This document shows, piece after piece, positions 1 to 11,541 of a DNA stretch of 64,000 nucleotides. Under the pieces are notes generated by a model. It did no database searches, was not told where the DNA came from, and saw only the letters and a list, made by a program, of their open reading frames with translations. Source of the stretch: an uncultured Bacilli bacterium (GTDB taxonomy: Bacteria > Bacillota_I > Bacilli_A > RF39 > UBA660); NCBI GenBank assembly GCA_934141145.1, contig CAKPCA010000002.1, positions 3,701 to 67,700 on the forward strand. The letters run 5' to 3'. The first letter of the stretch is position 1, and the number at the start of each line of letters is the position of its first letter. A program made the position numbers and the translations under genes.

Positions 1-28
1 GGTGCCCTAAAAAAAGAAGTAGAACAAC

Positions 29-583
29 TTATTTTTTTAATATATATTTTTTATATCCACAATTTGGTGATGCAAGTTTTAAGTAATCATCATAAATCGT
101 TTCGACCTTAAAATTTTCAAAATAAGCACTTAGCATACCTGTAGAATCCTTATGTCCGACAATTAAAATATTATAGTCTGTTTGACCATATTTATCTATT
201 ATTTCACCTATAAAACTATATATTCTTTTCTTGTAATCCTCAAGTTTTTCTATACCGTTATAAATATTCATATCAGGAACAGTCCCTGTTATCTTTATAT
301 CTGACATTAACATTCCATCTGCACTACCTAAATCGTAAACATCTAGTCTTTTGTCTACAATTATGTCATTTCTATTTGTAGATATTTTAGCCGTTTGTAT
401 AGCTCTTTCTTGTGGAGATGAAAAAATATAATCAAATTCTATATTTTCTTCTTTAAACTTTTCACCTAAACCAATTGCTTGTTTAACACCAATAGTATTT
501 AAAGGTTTTCCGTTTTTTCTACCTTGAGCCCTATGTTCAGCATTTATATCTGTTTGTCCGTGTCTAGCGATATAAATAATCAT
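29..583 (-). CDS. Histidine phosphatase family protein (phosphoglycerate mutase-like)
   Basis: N-terminal catalytic motif IYIARHGQTD (RHG) and later GHKD; start moved from 655 to an internal ATG preceded by AGAAGGAA. Confidence 0.6.
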   Translation of the reverse strand: MIIYIARHGQTDINAEHRAQGRKNGKPLNTIGVKQAIGLGEKFKEENIEFDYIFSSPQERAIQTAKISTNRNDIIVDKRLDVYDLGSADGMLMSDIKITGTVPDMNIYNGIEKLEDYKKRIYSFIGEIIDKYGQTDYNILIVGHKDSTGMLSAYFENFKVETIYDDYLKLASPNCGYKKYILKK

Positions 584-762
584 TAAATTCCTTCTCTCTA
601 TTTGAATATTTTTATCATAATACATAATGATTATGTCATTATGCAAGTGTGTCACTAAAATGTTACTAAAATGACATTTTAGTCCTGTTGAGAGTTATTT
701 TTATAACTCTTTTTTTATATTTCAAAACTTGAATTCATAAAGGTTCGAGTTTAGTATCAATC

Positions 763-1143
763 TGGTGGACCTGAGGAGAGTCGAACTCCTGTCCAAAAAT
801 GAGTACAGATAAGTTTCTACAAGTTTAGTTAGTTTATAATTTGTCCTAATTCATAAAAGAAACTAACAACCTATAAATTAGTAAGCCTATAATTATTCAT
901 TATTACTTCTAGGCTAAATAATAATATATCTTGCTAATGTTCGAATTTTCTAAAATCTACGCAAGAAAAGATAATAGAAAATACGCATTTCTGACTTACG
1001 CAGCTAAGGCTACACTATTGCTTCTGAATAGTGATGCAAATGCATCTTTAATTTTGTTTCCAGTTATTTGTTTTTGTACGTAACGTGTACCTCCGACTTG
1101 CCACTTAAAAGAAATCATTCCTGTCGAAACCATATACAGGCCC
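763..1143 (-). ncRNA. ssrA: tmRNA (SsrA)
   Basis: Minus-strand 3' end is GGAGTTCGACTCTCCTCAGGTCCACCA (tRNA-like T-arm plus CCA); 5' end is GGGCCTGTATATGGTTTCGACAGG; internal tag reading frame ends ...SNSVALAA followed by TAA; lies immediately downstream of smpB as in Bacillus. Confidence 0.8.
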
Positions 1144-1182
1144 AGTACAGAAATTATAGTATAAAAATGAAAAAAAGTAAAG

Positions 1183-1626
1183 TTATCTAAAACTTTCCTT
1201 CATACTTTTTTTCATATCTCTATCTATATCTCTTTGTTTAATAGTTTCTTTTTTATCATATGTATGTTTACCTCTTGCGACTGCTAATTCTACTTTTAAT
1301 TTACCATTTACAAAATATAATTTAACTGGTACTAAAGTTAAACCTTTAATTGTTATTTTATCGTTTATTTTTTTTATTTCATTTTTATTAAGTAATAACT
1401 TTCTTGTTCTTGTTTCTTCATGATTAAAGATATTACCCTCTTTATATTCTGAAACATACATATTAAGTAAAAATACCTCTCCATTTTTTATTACAGCATA
1501 ACTATCTTTTAAATTAGCATTACCTTTTCTAATTGATTTTATTTCTGTTCCTGTAAGTACTATTCCAGCTTCATATTTTTCTAATATTTCATAATCATAT
1601 CTAGCTTTTCTATTTAGTATTTCCAT
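1183..1626 (-). CDS. smpB: SsrA-binding protein SmpB
   Basis: 147 aa, conserved SmpB sequence; adjacent to tmRNA and rnr. Confidence 0.9.
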   Translation of the reverse strand: MEILNRKARYDYEILEKYEAGIVLTGTEIKSIRKGNANLKDSYAVIKNGEVFLLNMYVSEYKEGNIFNHEETRTRKLLLNKNEIKKINDKITIKGLTLVPVKLYFVNGKLKVELAVARGKHTYDKKETIKQRDIDRDMKKSMKESFR

Positions 1627-3730
1627 TTTTATTATCCTCTGCTAAATTAAAATCAATTGTACTATTTTCTTTAGAAGCATTTGTTACAACAACTCTTACC
1701 TTTTGTCCAAGTTTAAATATTTTACCTTTTCTTTCACCTCTTAATGATTTAGTAACATCATCAAAATTATAATAATCTCCTTTTATTTCTGATATATGAA
1801 TTAATCCTTCTACCATATTATCTAGTTGTACAAACATACCAAATTCCATTATTGATGATATTATTCCATCATATTCTTCACCAATATGACTTTCCATATA
1901 TTCTGCCATTTTCATAGATTCTACATCTCTTTCACAATCTATAGATTCTCTTTCTTTTTCAGATGAATGTTCACATAAAGCAGGTAATATTTCTTCATAA
2001 TATGATATTAATTTATTTAATTCTTTTTCGTCTGGTTTATTAAATATATATTTTCTAAGTAAATTATGTACTGTTGTATCTGGGAATCTTCTTATTGGTG
2101 ATGTAAAGTGTGTATAGCATCTAGAAGCAAGTCCATAGTGTCCTAAATTTTCTTCTTTATATACAGCCTTTTTCATACATCTTAAAAGTAATGTAGATAA
2201 TATTTTAAATTCTTCTTTATCCCTTAATTGATCTAATATTTTTTTCATAGATTTAGGATGTACAAAGTTTCTATCACCTTTAATTTGATAACCTAATAAG
2301 CTTATAGATTTTAAGAATTCTTCTACTTTTTCATCATCTGGTACTTCATGGATACGATATACAAAAGGAAGTCCCATATAAAATACATGTTCTGCGACAG
2401 TTTCATTTGCGGCTATCATAAAGTCTTCAATTAAGTTTTCTCCTTCTCCCCTATCTCTAAGCACTATATCAGTTGGTTTACAGTTTTCATCAACAAGAAT
2501 TTTTGCTTCATCAGTATCAAAGTCTAAGTAACCTTTTTTTAGTTTAGATTCTCTTAATATATGTGCAAGTTCTTCCATTAATTTTAAATCATTTGCAAAT
2601 GGTTCATAATCTTCTGGTGTTTCTCCATCTAATACTTTATTTACATTTTTATAAGTCATTTGTTTACTTGATTTAATTACACTTTCAAATATATCATGTG
2701 AAACTACTTTACCTTCTTTATTTATTTCCATAACGCATGAAATAGCTAATCTTTCTACTCCTGGATTTAATGAACAGATTCCATTAGAAAGTTTATGAGG
2801 AAGCATTGGTACAACTCTATCTACTAAATATACACTAGTTGCTCTGTCATATGCTTCTTCATATAATTTAGTACCTTCTTTTACATAATATGATACATCT
2901 GCAATATGAACACCTAATATATAATTTTCACCTTTTCTCTTAATAGATACAGCATCATCTATATCTTTAGTGTCATCACCATCTATTGTAAATATTACTT
3001 CGTTTGTTAAATCTTTTCTTCCTTTTTTATCACTTTCTAGTACTTCATTTGGAAGTTCATCTACTTCTTTCATTACTTCTTCAGAAAATACATCATTTAT
3101 TCCATGATCATAAATAATTGATAATATATCTACACCTGGATCATTTTTATGACCTATAACTTTTACTACTTCACCTAAATATTTATATTTACCCATTTCT
3201 TTTACAATACTAACTTGTACTTTATGACCATCTACTAAATTTTCAAGATCTTTATTATCAAGTATTATTTCCATTTTTAATTTTTTATCATCGGGCGTAA
3301 AATGTGGATTACCATCTATAATATTATACTCACCAACAATTAAATTATTTTCTTTCTTAAGTACTTTAACTACTCTACCTTCTACTCTCTTATCTTTTCC
3401 TTTAAATGGCTCTACTACAACAATATCGTTATTAAGAGCGCCATTCATATTTGATGAATCTATATATATATCATCTTCATTATCTAATAATAAAAATCCA
3501 AATCCTTTTTTATTAACAGATAATCTTCCTTTTTTTAAATGACTATTTTCAAATAACATATATTTATCTTTATTTGATCTATATACTTCAAAATCTTTCT
3601 CTAGAGAAGATAAAACTTCAATTACATTTTTTATTCCGTTTACAGATGTCATATTTAATTTTTCTGCTATTTCTATAGTAGATAGTGCTTTACTAGATTT
3701 TTTTAATATTTCAATAATTTCTTCTCTCAT
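1610..3730 (-). CDS. rnr: Ribonuclease R
   Basis: 706 aa with N-terminal HTH, RNB catalytic region and C-terminal S1 domain; secG-rnr-smpB-ssrA synteny. Confidence 0.9.
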   Translation of the reverse strand: MREEIIEILKKSSKALSTIEIAEKLNMTSVNGIKNVIEVLSSLEKDFEVYRSNKDKYMLFENSHLKKGRLSVNKKGFGFLLLDNEDDIYIDSSNMNGALNNDIVVVEPFKGKDKRVEGRVVKVLKKENNLIVGEYNIIDGNPHFTPDDKKLKMEIILDNKDLENLVDGHKVQVSIVKEMGKYKYLGEVVKVIGHKNDPGVDILSIIYDHGINDVFSEEVMKEVDELPNEVLESDKKGRKDLTNEVIFTIDGDDTKDIDDAVSIKRKGENYILGVHIADVSYYVKEGTKLYEEAYDRATSVYLVDRVVPMLPHKLSNGICSLNPGVERLAISCVMEINKEGKVVSHDIFESVIKSSKQMTYKNVNKVLDGETPEDYEPFANDLKLMEELAHILRESKLKKGYLDFDTDEAKILVDENCKPTDIVLRDRGEGENLIEDFMIAANETVAEHVFYMGLPFVYRIHEVPDDEKVEEFLKSISLLGYQIKGDRNFVHPKSMKKILDQLRDKEEFKILSTLLLRCMKKAVYKEENLGHYGLASRCYTHFTSPIRRFPDTTVHNLLRKYIFNKPDEKELNKLISYYEEILPALCEHSSEKERESIDCERDVESMKMAEYMESHIGEEYDGIISSIMEFGMFVQLDNMVEGLIHISEIKGDYYNFDDVTKSLRGERKGKIFKLGQKVRVVVTNASKENSTIDFNLAEDNKNGNTK

Positions 3731-3788
3731 AATTTTCCTCCACCTATACTAATTATAAAATAAAAAGACTTATTTTATAAGCCCTTTT

Positions 3789-4004
3789 TTAAAATAATGA
3801 CATAATTAGACATACTACAAAGAATATTATACCTAAAATAAGTGTCATTCTACTTAAAAATAACTCTGAACCACGTTCTTTTCTTTGTGCAAATAATTCA
3901 GCATTACCACCCATTATTATATTACTAGCACTTTCAGCTTTACCACTTTGAAGTAAAACTATTGTTATTAATAAAACTGATATTATCATTAAAACTACTT
4001 CCAT
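3789..4004 (-). CDS. secG: Preprotein translocase subunit SecG
   Basis: 71 aa, two TM segments, LLQSGK...GG motif; position upstream of rnr. Confidence 0.75.
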   Translation of the reverse strand: MEVVLMIISVLLITIVLLQSGKAESASNIIMGGNAELFAQRKERGSELFLSRMTLILGIIFFVVCLIMSLF

Positions 4005-4041
4005 GGTATACCTCCAATCAATACTAATATTTTAACATATT

Positions 4042-4977
4042 TTAATTAAATTGCAAATACCAAATACTAAAATATATTAATATCATAAGTCCAGATAATA
4101 ATATTTGTACTATTTTATTATTTTTCTTTAAAATTAAACTAATAACTAATAAGAAAGTTGTAACGATACCACCAATTACATACATCATTGTATATGAATC
4201 AGAATAACTATATATATGGGACTCTTTTACAAATATATCTGATATTGCTAGTACTAAAAAATTAAATATATTACTACCAAGCATATTTGATGCGGCCATA
4301 TTAAAATTACCTAGTTTTAATAAAGAAAAAGTTGTAACTACTTCTGGAAGACTTGTAGTAATACCAAGAAGCATTGCACCTATTGAACTAGATGAAAAAC
4401 TAGGATACATATGTGCTATTTTATCTGCTTCTTTTGTAAGCATTATACTTAGAAATACCATTACAACTGCAGTTAATATAAATTTTATAAATACATAGTT
4501 TACTTTTTTATCAGGTTCTTCATTACTTTCTTCATCTTTATTTTTTAATACTGAAATCATATATATTAAATATGCACAGAATAAGAAAAATGTAACAAAA
4601 TTAATAAATATATTATTAGTACCTAGTACTATAAATATATAATCTGTTATTAAGATTAAGCATTCAAATATATATTTTCTAGAAGTATTTTTAAAAACAT
4701 CTTTCTTAAAGAAATATATATTATATACAGCAAGTATAAATACATTAAACATATTACTACCGACTATATCTCCAAAAGAAAGTGCAGCATTATCAATTAC
4801 TACTGCGGACACACTTGTAACAAATTCAGGAAGACTTGTTATAGATGCTATCAAAAGTCCACCTACAAAAGCTGCACCTACCTTTGTTTGTTTTGTAATT
4901 TTATCACCATAATATGATAATCTAATACTTAAAATAACAGTTAAAAATGCAAGTAATAAAAAAAATATTCCGTCCAA
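4042..4977 (-). CDS. CaCA-family Na+/Ca2+ exchanger membrane protein (YrbG-like)
   Basis: 311 aa polytopic protein with duplicated alpha-repeat motifs GDIVGSNMFNV and GITTSLPEVVTT. Confidence 0.6.
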   Translation of the reverse strand: MDGIFFLLLAFLTVILSIRLSYYGDKITKQTKVGAAFVGGLLIASITSLPEFVTSVSAVVIDNAALSFGDIVGSNMFNVFILAVYNIYFFKKDVFKNTSRKYIFECLILITDYIFIVLGTNNIFINFVTFFLFCAYLIYMISVLKNKDEESNEEPDKKVNYVFIKFILTAVVMVFLSIMLTKEADKIAHMYPSFSSSSIGAMLLGITTSLPEVVTTFSLLKLGNFNMAASNMLGSNIFNFLVLAISDIFVKESHIYSYSDSYTMMYVIGGIVTTFLLVISLILKKNNKIVQILLSGLMILIYFSIWYLQFN

Positions 4978-5028
4978 ACATACTCACCTCTAAAATAGTA
5001 TATTATTACTTTGGACAAAATATTTATA

Positions 5029-6261
5029 TTATCTATTTATTTCTTCATATATTCTAAGAAGTCTATTATATTTACATACTCTATCTGTTCTTGATAATGA
5101 ACCTGTTTTTATTTGACCCATATTAAGACCTACTGCTAAATCTGCAATAAATGTATCTTCTGTTTCACCACTTCTATGAGATATAATTGTTTTATAATTA
5201 TTTTTCTTAGCAAGACTTATTGTTTCAAATGCTTCAGTTACTGTACCTATTTGATTTAATTTAATAAGAATTGCATTACCTGCTTTTTCATTGATACCTC
5301 TTTGAAGTAATTCTTTATTTGTAGTAAAGAAATCATCTCCGACTAATTGAACTCTATCACCAATTCTTTTAGTTAGTTTTGCAAATCCTTCAAAATCATT
5401 TTCTTCTAAAGGATCTTCTATAGATACTACTGGATACTTATTTACTAAATCTTCATAGTAATTAATTAATTCTTCTTTACTCATTTTTTTACCATCTGAG
5501 AAACAATACATATTAGCACTTTCATCATAAAACTCTGATGCGGCTACATCAAGACCTAGTTTAACATCAACTCCTGGTGTATATCCTGCTTCTTTTATTG
5601 CAAGCATTATGTAGTCAAGTGCTTCATAATTAGAAGATAAATTTGGTGCAAATCCACCTTCATCACCAACAGATGTATTATATCCATTATTTTTTAATAC
5701 TTTCTTTAAATGATGAAATACTTCAGCACCTGTTCTAATTCTTTCTTTAAAATCTTTATTTTGTGGTAAAATCATAAATTCTTGGAAATCAAGCATATTA
5801 TCTGCATGTGCTCCTCCATTTAGAATATTCATCATTGGGTATGGCAATTCTTTACCATCACCAACATATTCATAAAGTTCCATATCATGTTCTATTGCTG
5901 CTGCTTTTAAACATGCAAGTGATACTGCAAGCATAGCATTAGCACCTAAATTACTTTTTGTTTTAGTACCATCTAATACTATCATAGCATTATCTATTTC
6001 TTCTTGATTAGATACTTCCATATTAATTATTTCTTTAGAAATTATATTATTAACATTATTTACAGCTTTAGTAACACCTTTACCCATATATCTAGCATCA
6101 TTATCTCTTAGTTCAAGTGCTTCATTACTACCAGTAGATGCTCCACTAGGAACGCTAGCTCTTCCAAGCGCACCACCTTCTGTTAATACATCTGCTTCTA
6201 CAGTAGGATTACCTCTTGAATCTAATATTTCTCTTGCTCTTACTTCAATTATTTTACTCAA
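5029..6261 (-). CDS. eno: Enolase
   Basis: [25 protein letters not shown]-terminus; the track ATG (6279) adds MWRRIN; a TTG at 6261 is preceded by GGAGG with a 9-nt spacer, giving the canonical MSKII start. Confidence 0.9.
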   Translation of the reverse strand: MSKIIEVRAREILDSRGNPTVEADVLTEGGALGRASVPSGASTGSNEALELRDNDARYMGKGVTKAVNNVNNIISKEIINMEVSNQEEIDNAMIVLDGTKTKSNLGANAMLAVSLACLKAAAIEHDMELYEYVGDGKELPYPMMNILNGGAHADNMLDFQEFMILPQNKDFKERIRTGAEVFHHLKKVLKNNGYNTSVGDEGGFAPNLSSNYEALDYIMLAIKEAGYTPGVDVKLGLDVAASEFYDESANMYCFSDGKKMSKEELINYYEDLVNKYPVVSIEDPLEENDFEGFAKLTKRIGDRVQLVGDDFFTTNKELLQRGINEKAGNAILIKLNQIGTVTEAFETISLAKKNNYKTIISHRSGETEDTFIADLAVGLNMGQIKTGSLSRTDRVCKYNRLLRIYEEINR

Positions 6262-6405
6262 ATTTATTCGCCTCCACATATTAATTATACACCTACTATT
6301 TTTTTATAACAAAAAAAGTATAAGAAAAATGTAAAATAAAAGTATAATCTTTATAATATTTAAAGTATATGTTATAATATTTATGCAAATGTAAGGAGTA
6401 ATATT

Positions 6406-7668
6406 ATGGAAATAGTTCAATTAACAAAAGAAGAATTTGATTCATATGCAGAAAATCATCCAAGTAAAAACTTCTATCAAACATCCGCTTATGGTATGTT
6501 AATGGATAGACATTCTTTTGATGATTATTATTTAGCAATGAAAGATGAAAGTGGAAATATAAAATGTGCAACATTAATTCTTATTGATAAAGTTTTTTTA
6601 GGATATAAATGGGGTTACTGCCCAAGAGGTTATTTAATTGATTTTAATGATACAGAACTATTAAAAACTTTTACAACCTTACTAAAAGAATTCTTAAAGA
6701 AAAGAAATTTTATGTTTGTTAAAATAGATCCATATATTATCTATAAATCAAGAGATAAAAAAGGAAAAGAAATTCCTGGTATTGATAATTCTAAAATTGT
6801 AAATGATTTATTAAGTTTAGGATATGAACATACTGGATTTAATTTAAATTTTGAAAACTTAAAACCAAGATGGAATGCAGTTATAACTACAGATGAATTA
6901 GATCCTATATTTTCTAGATTTAACAAAGAAACTAGAAATAAAATAAGAAAAGCTGATAAAATGGGACTTCAAGTTGTAAAAGGTGGACCAGAAAATGTTA
7001 GAGAATTTTATTCTTTAATTGATAAAAAACATTCTAGAAAATTAAATTATTATCTAGATATGTTTGAAATTTTAGGTAAAAAAGATATGTTTGAAATATA
7101 TTTTGCGGTATTAAATACTGCTAAATATGTAGAAAATAGTAAAAATCTTTTTGAAGCAGAAGAAAAAAGAAATAATGAAATTAATGAGGAATTAGAAGCA
7201 AATATAAGTAGTAATAATACTGCAAATATAATAAAGAGAAAAATGGATTCTGATGCAATATTAAATAATTATAAACAAAATATTATTAATGCGACTAATT
7301 TATATAAAGAATATCCAAGTGGTGTCGTAATTGGTGCTAATGCAATAATTAAATATAATAATGAAATATTTTTCCTAATTGACGGATATAAAAATGAATT
7401 TAAAGGATATTGTCCTAATCATTATTTAAAATATCAAATAATAGAAAGATATAGACAACAAGGATATACAAGAATGCATTTAAATGGCATTTCTGGTGAT
7501 TTTACTAAAGGTAGTACATATTATGGTTTAACTAGATTTAAACTTGGATTTGCGGCTAATATAGAGGAATATATTGGAGAATTTACTTTAGTCATTAATA
7601 AAGGGAAATATAATAGATTTAAGAAAATAAATCCTATTAGAAATTGGTTAAATCAACCAATAGCATAA
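6406..7668 (+). CDS. FemAB-family peptidoglycan interpeptide-bridge aminoacyltransferase
   Basis: 420 aa; N-domain FYQTSAYG, central coiled-coil insert, C-domain GFKLGFAANIEEYIGEF, as in FemA/FemX/FmhB; RBS AAGGAG before the ATG. Confidence 0.6.
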   Translation: MEIVQLTKEEFDSYAENHPSKNFYQTSAYGMLMDRHSFDDYYLAMKDESGNIKCATLILIDKVFLGYKWGYCPRGYLIDFNDTELLKTFTTLLKEFLKKRNFMFVKIDPYIIYKSRDKKGKEIPGIDNSKIVNDLLSLGYEHTGFNLNFENLKPRWNAVITTDELDPIFSRFNKETRNKIRKADKMGLQVVKGGPENVREFYSLIDKKHSRKLNYYLDMFEILGKKDMFEIYFAVLNTAKYVENSKNLFEAEEKRNNEINEELEANISSNNTANIIKRKMDSDAILNNYKQNIINATNLYKEYPSGVVIGANAIIKYNNEIFFLIDGYKNEFKGYCPNHYLKYQIIERYRQQGYTRMHLNGISGDFTKGSTYYGLTRFKLGFAANIEEYIGEFTLVINKGKYNRFKKINPIRNWLNQPIA

Positions 7669-7673
7669 AAAAA

Positions 7674-7695
7674 ATAACATTCAATTGAATGTTAT
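7674..7695. terminator. Bidirectional intrinsic terminator between the fem-like gene and tuf
   Basis: Perfect 22-bp palindrome ATAACATTCAA/TTGAATGTTAT flanked by A6 and T6. Confidence 0.55.
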
Positions 7696-7705
7696 TTTTT
7701 TATTA

Positions 7706-8890
7706 TTATTTATCGATTTTTGTTACGATACCAGCACCAACTGTTCTACCACCTTCACGAATAGAGAACTTAGTTCCTTCTTCAAGAGCGATAGGAGCAA
7801 TTAATTCAACATGCATCTTAACATTATCACCAGGCATAACCATTTCAGTTCCTTCTGGTAATGTTACAACACCTGTAACGTCAGTAGTTCTGAAATAGAA
7901 TTGTGGACGATAATTTGAGAAGAATGGAGTATGTCTTCCGCCTTCCTCTTTACTTAATACATAAACTTCACATTCGAATGTTGTATGTGGAGTAACTGTA
8001 CCAGGTTTTGCAAGTACTTGACCTCTTTGTACTTCTTCTCTTGAAATACCACGAAGTAATACACCAGCGTTATCTCCTGCTTCAGCGTAATCTAATTGTT
8101 TACGGAACATTTCGATACCTGTAACTACAGTTTTCTTAGTATCATGTAAACCAACGATTTCAACTTCATCATTAAGTTTTAATTGACCTCTTTCAACACG
8201 TCCTGTAACAACTGTTCCACGACCAGTGATTGTAAATACGTCTTCGATACTCATTAAGAATGGTTTTTCAGTATCTCTTTCTGGAGTTGGAATCCATTCA
8301 TCAACTGCATCTAATAATTCGTCGATTTTTTCTTCATATTTTTGATCTCCTTCAAGAGCTTTTAAAGCTGATCCGAAGATAAATGGAGTATTGTCACCAT
8401 CAAATCCATATTGATTTAATAATTCTCTAACATCCATTTCTACTAATTCTAGCATTTCTGGATCATCAACCATATCACATTTGTTAATGAATACTACCAT
8501 TCTAGGAACACCAACTTGACCAGCAAGTAAGATATGTTCTCTTGTTTGTGCCATAGCACCATCTGTTGCAGCTATAACTAGTATAGCACCATCCATTTGA
8601 GCAGCACCTGTGATCATGTTTTTAACATAGTCAGCGTGTCCTGGACAGTCAACGTGTGCATAGTGACGTTTGTCTGTTTCATATTCAACGTGTGCAGTAT
8701 TGATAGTTATACCACGTTCTCTTTCTTCTGGAGCTTTATCGATATCTGCATAGTCTTCGAATTTTGCATAACCTTTTTCTGCTTGTCTTTTAGTGATAGC
8801 AGCAGTTAAAGTTGTTTTACCATGGTCTACGTGTCCAATTGTACCAATGTTAACATGTGGTTTTCCACGGTTAAATTTTTCTTTTGCCAT
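7706..8890 (-). CDS. tuf: Elongation factor Tu
   Basis: 394 aa, [18 protein letters not shown] motifs. Confidence 0.95.
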   Translation of the reverse strand: MAKEKFNRGKPHVNIGTIGHVDHGKTTLTAAITKRQAEKGYAKFEDYADIDKAPEERERGITINTAHVEYETDKRHYAHVDCPGHADYVKNMITGAAQMDGAILVIAATDGAMAQTREHILLAGQVGVPRMVVFINKCDMVDDPEMLELVEMDVRELLNQYGFDGDNTPFIFGSALKALEGDQKYEEKIDELLDAVDEWIPTPERDTEKPFLMSIEDVFTITGRGTVVTGRVERGQLKLNDEVEIVGLHDTKKTVVTGIEMFRKQLDYAEAGDNAGVLLRGISREEVQRGQVLAKPGTVTPHTTFECEVYVLSKEEGGRHTPFFSNYRPQFYFRTTDVTGVVTLPEGTEMVMPGDNVKMHVELIAPIALEEGTKFSIREGGRTVGAGIVTKIDK

Positions 8891-8923
8891 TGTATATTTC
8901 CTCCTTTTTTAATGTACAAAAAT

Positions 8924-8952
8924 ATTTTATCTAATTCTTGAAAAAATATCAA
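8924..8952 (-). promoter_or_regulatory. Sigma-A type promoter for tuf (TTGATA-17-TAAAAT on the minus strand)
   Basis: RC of 8947-8952 is TTGATA; RC of 8924-8929 is TAAAAT; 17-nt spacer; about 35 nt upstream of the tuf RBS. Confidence 0.4.
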
Positions 8953-8972
8953 GTCTTATTCAGTATATTATA

Positions 8973-11045
8973 CTAATTTTTACCCATTTTTTTAACTATT
9001 TCTTCAGTTATATTTCTAGGAACTTCTTCATAATGGTCAAATACCATTGTAAATTGTCCTCTACCTTGAGTATTAGATCTTAGCGATGTTACATAACCAA
9101 ACATTTCAGCAAGTGGTACCATAGCATCAATTGCAAGAGCATTACCTCTAGATTCTTGACCCATTGGTTTACCTCTTCTTGATGAAATATCACCCATAAC
9201 ATTTCCTAAATATTCTTCTGGAACTATTACTTGAACTTTCATTATAGGTTCTAGAAGAACTGGTTTACATTTATTTTTAGCTTCTTTTAATGCCATAGAT
9301 GCAGCTATTTTAAATGCCATTTCTGATGAGTCAACATCATGATATGATCCATCAAATAATGTAGCTTTTACATCTATCATTGGGAATCCAGCTAAAATAC
9401 CTGTTTGCATAGCTTCTTGAAGTCCTTTATCAGTTACTGGTATATATTCTCTTGGAACAACACCACCAACGATAGCGTCAACGAATTCATATCCTTTATC
9501 TGGATTTGGTTCAAATTTAACCCAAACATGTCCGTATTGTCCACGTCCACCAGATTGTTTAATATATTTACCTTCACAGTCACCTGCTTGAGTAATTGTT
9601 TCACGATATGATACTTGTGGTTGACCAATATTTGCTTCTACACCAAATTCTCTCTTCATTCTATCAACAATGATATCAAGGTGAAGTTCACCCATACCTG
9701 CGATAATAGTTTGACCAGTTTCTGGATTTGTAGATGCTCTAAATGTTGGATCTTCTTCTGCTAATTTTTGAAGTGCTAGACCCATTTTATCTTGATCACT
9801 TTTTGATTTTGGTTCAACAGTAAGTTCAATAACTGGTTCTGGGAATTCCATTGATTCAAGTATACATGCATGTTTTTCATCACATAATGTATCACCTGTT
9901 GTTGTATTCTTAAGACCTACAGCAGCAGCTATATCACCAGTATAAACTTCTGATATTTCAGTTCTTGTGTTAGCATGCATTTGAAGTATACGTCCAACTC
10001 TTTCTTTTACATCCTTAGTTGCATTAAGAACATATGAACCACTTGTTAATTTACCAGAGTAAACTCTAAAGAATGTTAATTTACCAACAAATGGATCAGT
10101 CATAACCTTGAATGCTAATGCTGAGAATGGTTCTGAATCTGATGGATGTCTTACTATTTCATTACCATCTTTATCTACACCTTTAATAGATGCAATATCA
10201 GTTGGAGCTGGTAAATAATCAATAACAGCATCAAGTAATAATTTAACACCTGTATTTTTATAAGCAGATCCACACATAACTGGGAAGAATTCTGCAGCAA
10301 GTGTTCCTTTTCTGATACATGATTTAATTTCTTCAATAGAAAGTTCTTCACCATTTAGGTATTTTTCCATGATTTCTTCATCATATTCAGCAACTGCTTC
10401 AATTAATTCATTACGTTTTTCCTCAACTAAATCTCTTAATTCTTCTGGAATTTCGATTTCTGTTGGATTTTCTTCTGGTTTTTCATCATATTTATAAGCC
10501 TTCATAGTAATGATATCTATAATGCCAGATAATTCATCACCTGCACCTATTGGCCATTCTATTGGTGCATAATTTACGCCTAATCTATCTTTAATAGTTT
10601 TTAAGCTATAATCAAAATCTGCTCCAGTTTTATCCATCTTATTAGCAAAGATAATACGAGGAACTTTAAATTCTGATGCTTGTCTCCATACTGTTTCAGT
10701 TTGTGGTTCAACACCAGCTTGTGCATCAATAAGTGCTACTGCACCATCAAGTACACGAAGTGATCTAGATACTTCTACTGTAAAATCTACGTGGCCTGGT
10801 GTATCAATTATATTATATCTATAACCTTTCCAGAAAGCAGTAGTTGCAGCAGATGTAATAGTTATACCACGTTCTTGTTCTTGTTCCATCCAGTCCATTT
10901 GTGAAGCACCATCATGAGTTTCACCAATTTTATGGATTTTATGAGTATGGAATAATATTCTCTCAGTTGTAGTTGTTTTACCGGCATCTATGTGAGCCAT
11001 AATACCGAAATTACGTGTTTTTTCTAAACTATATTCACGAGCCAT
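8973..11045 (-). CDS. fusA: Elongation factor G
   Basis: [10 protein letters not shown]-domain and EF-G domains II-V; start placed at the ATG of MAREYSLEK, preceded by AGGAAAGGA, rather than the track's extended MVGKDII. Confidence 0.95.
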   Translation of the reverse strand: MAREYSLEKTRNFGIMAHIDAGKTTTTERILFHTHKIHKIGETHDGASQMDWMEQEQERGITITSAATTAFWKGYRYNIIDTPGHVDFTVEVSRSLRVLDGAVALIDAQAGVEPQTETVWRQASEFKVPRIIFANKMDKTGADFDYSLKTIKDRLGVNYAPIEWPIGAGDELSGIIDIITMKAYKYDEKPEENPTEIEIPEELRDLVEEKRNELIEAVAEYDEEIMEKYLNGEELSIEEIKSCIRKGTLAAEFFPVMCGSAYKNTGVKLLLDAVIDYLPAPTDIASIKGVDKDGNEIVRHPSDSEPFSALAFKVMTDPFVGKLTFFRVYSGKLTSGSYVLNATKDVKERVGRILQMHANTRTEISEVYTGDIAAAVGLKNTTTGDTLCDEKHACILESMEFPEPVIELTVEPKSKSDQDKMGLALQKLAEEDPTFRASTNPETGQTIIAGMGELHLDIIVDRMKREFGVEANIGQPQVSYRETITQAGDCEGKYIKQSGGRGQYGHVWVKFEPNPDKGYEFVDAIVGGVVPREYIPVTDKGLQEAMQTGILAGFPMIDVKATLFDGSYHDVDSSEMAFKIAASMALKEAKNKCKPVLLEPIMKVQVIVPEEYLGNVMGDISSRRGKPMGQESRGNALAIDAMVPLAEMFGYVTSLRSNTQGRGQFTMVFDHYEEVPRNITEEIVKKMGKN

Positions 11046-11059
11046 AATTATATCCTTTC

Positions 11060-11527
11060 CTACCATCTATAATGAGCAAATGCTTTATTAGCTTCTGCCA
11101 TTTTATGTGTATCTTCTTTTTTCTTGAATGCTGCACCTGTTTCATTTGATGCATCAATTATTTCATTAGCTAACTTTTCAGCCATTGATTTTCCGCCTCT
11201 ACTTCTAGCTGCGTTTACAAGCCAACGAAGTGCTAAAGCTTGAGCTCTTTCTGGTCTAACTTCAACTGGTACTTGATAGTTAGCTCCACCAACTCTTCTT
11301 GATTTAACTTCTAGAGATGGTGTAATGTTTTCTAATGCTTTAGTAAATACATCCATTGGATTTTCATTAGTTCTTTCTTGAACCATGTCAAATGCTTTAT
11401 AAACGATTGTTTGAGCTTTACCTCTCTTACCATCAAGCATTATTTGATTGATAAGTTTTGTTATAACTTTTGAGTTATATATTGGATCTGCTAAAACATC
11501 TCTTTTAACTGCACATCTTTTTCTCAT
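11060..11527 (-). CDS. rpsG: 30S ribosomal protein S7
   Basis: 155 aa, conserved S7 sequence, str-operon position. Confidence 0.9.
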   Translation of the reverse strand: MRKRCAVKRDVLADPIYNSKVITKLINQIMLDGKRGKAQTIVYKAFDMVQERTNENPMDVFTKALENITPSLEVKSRRVGGANYQVPVEVRPERAQALALRWLVNAARSRGGKSMAEKLANEIIDASNETGAAFKKKEDTHKMAEANKAFAHYRW

Positions 11528-11541
11528 AGTTATCTCCTTTC

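Noticed and set aside
6741-6926. 61-aa minus-strand ORF inside the FemAB-family gene
   Set aside because: Antisense to a well-supported CDS; low-complexity product; no RBS.
7689-9628. Small plus- and minus-strand ORFs (7689-7898, 8597-8809, 9405-9611, 9434-9628) overlapping tuf and fusA
   Set aside because: Antisense or out of frame within universally conserved EF-Tu/EF-G coding sequence; artefacts of AT-rich codon usage.
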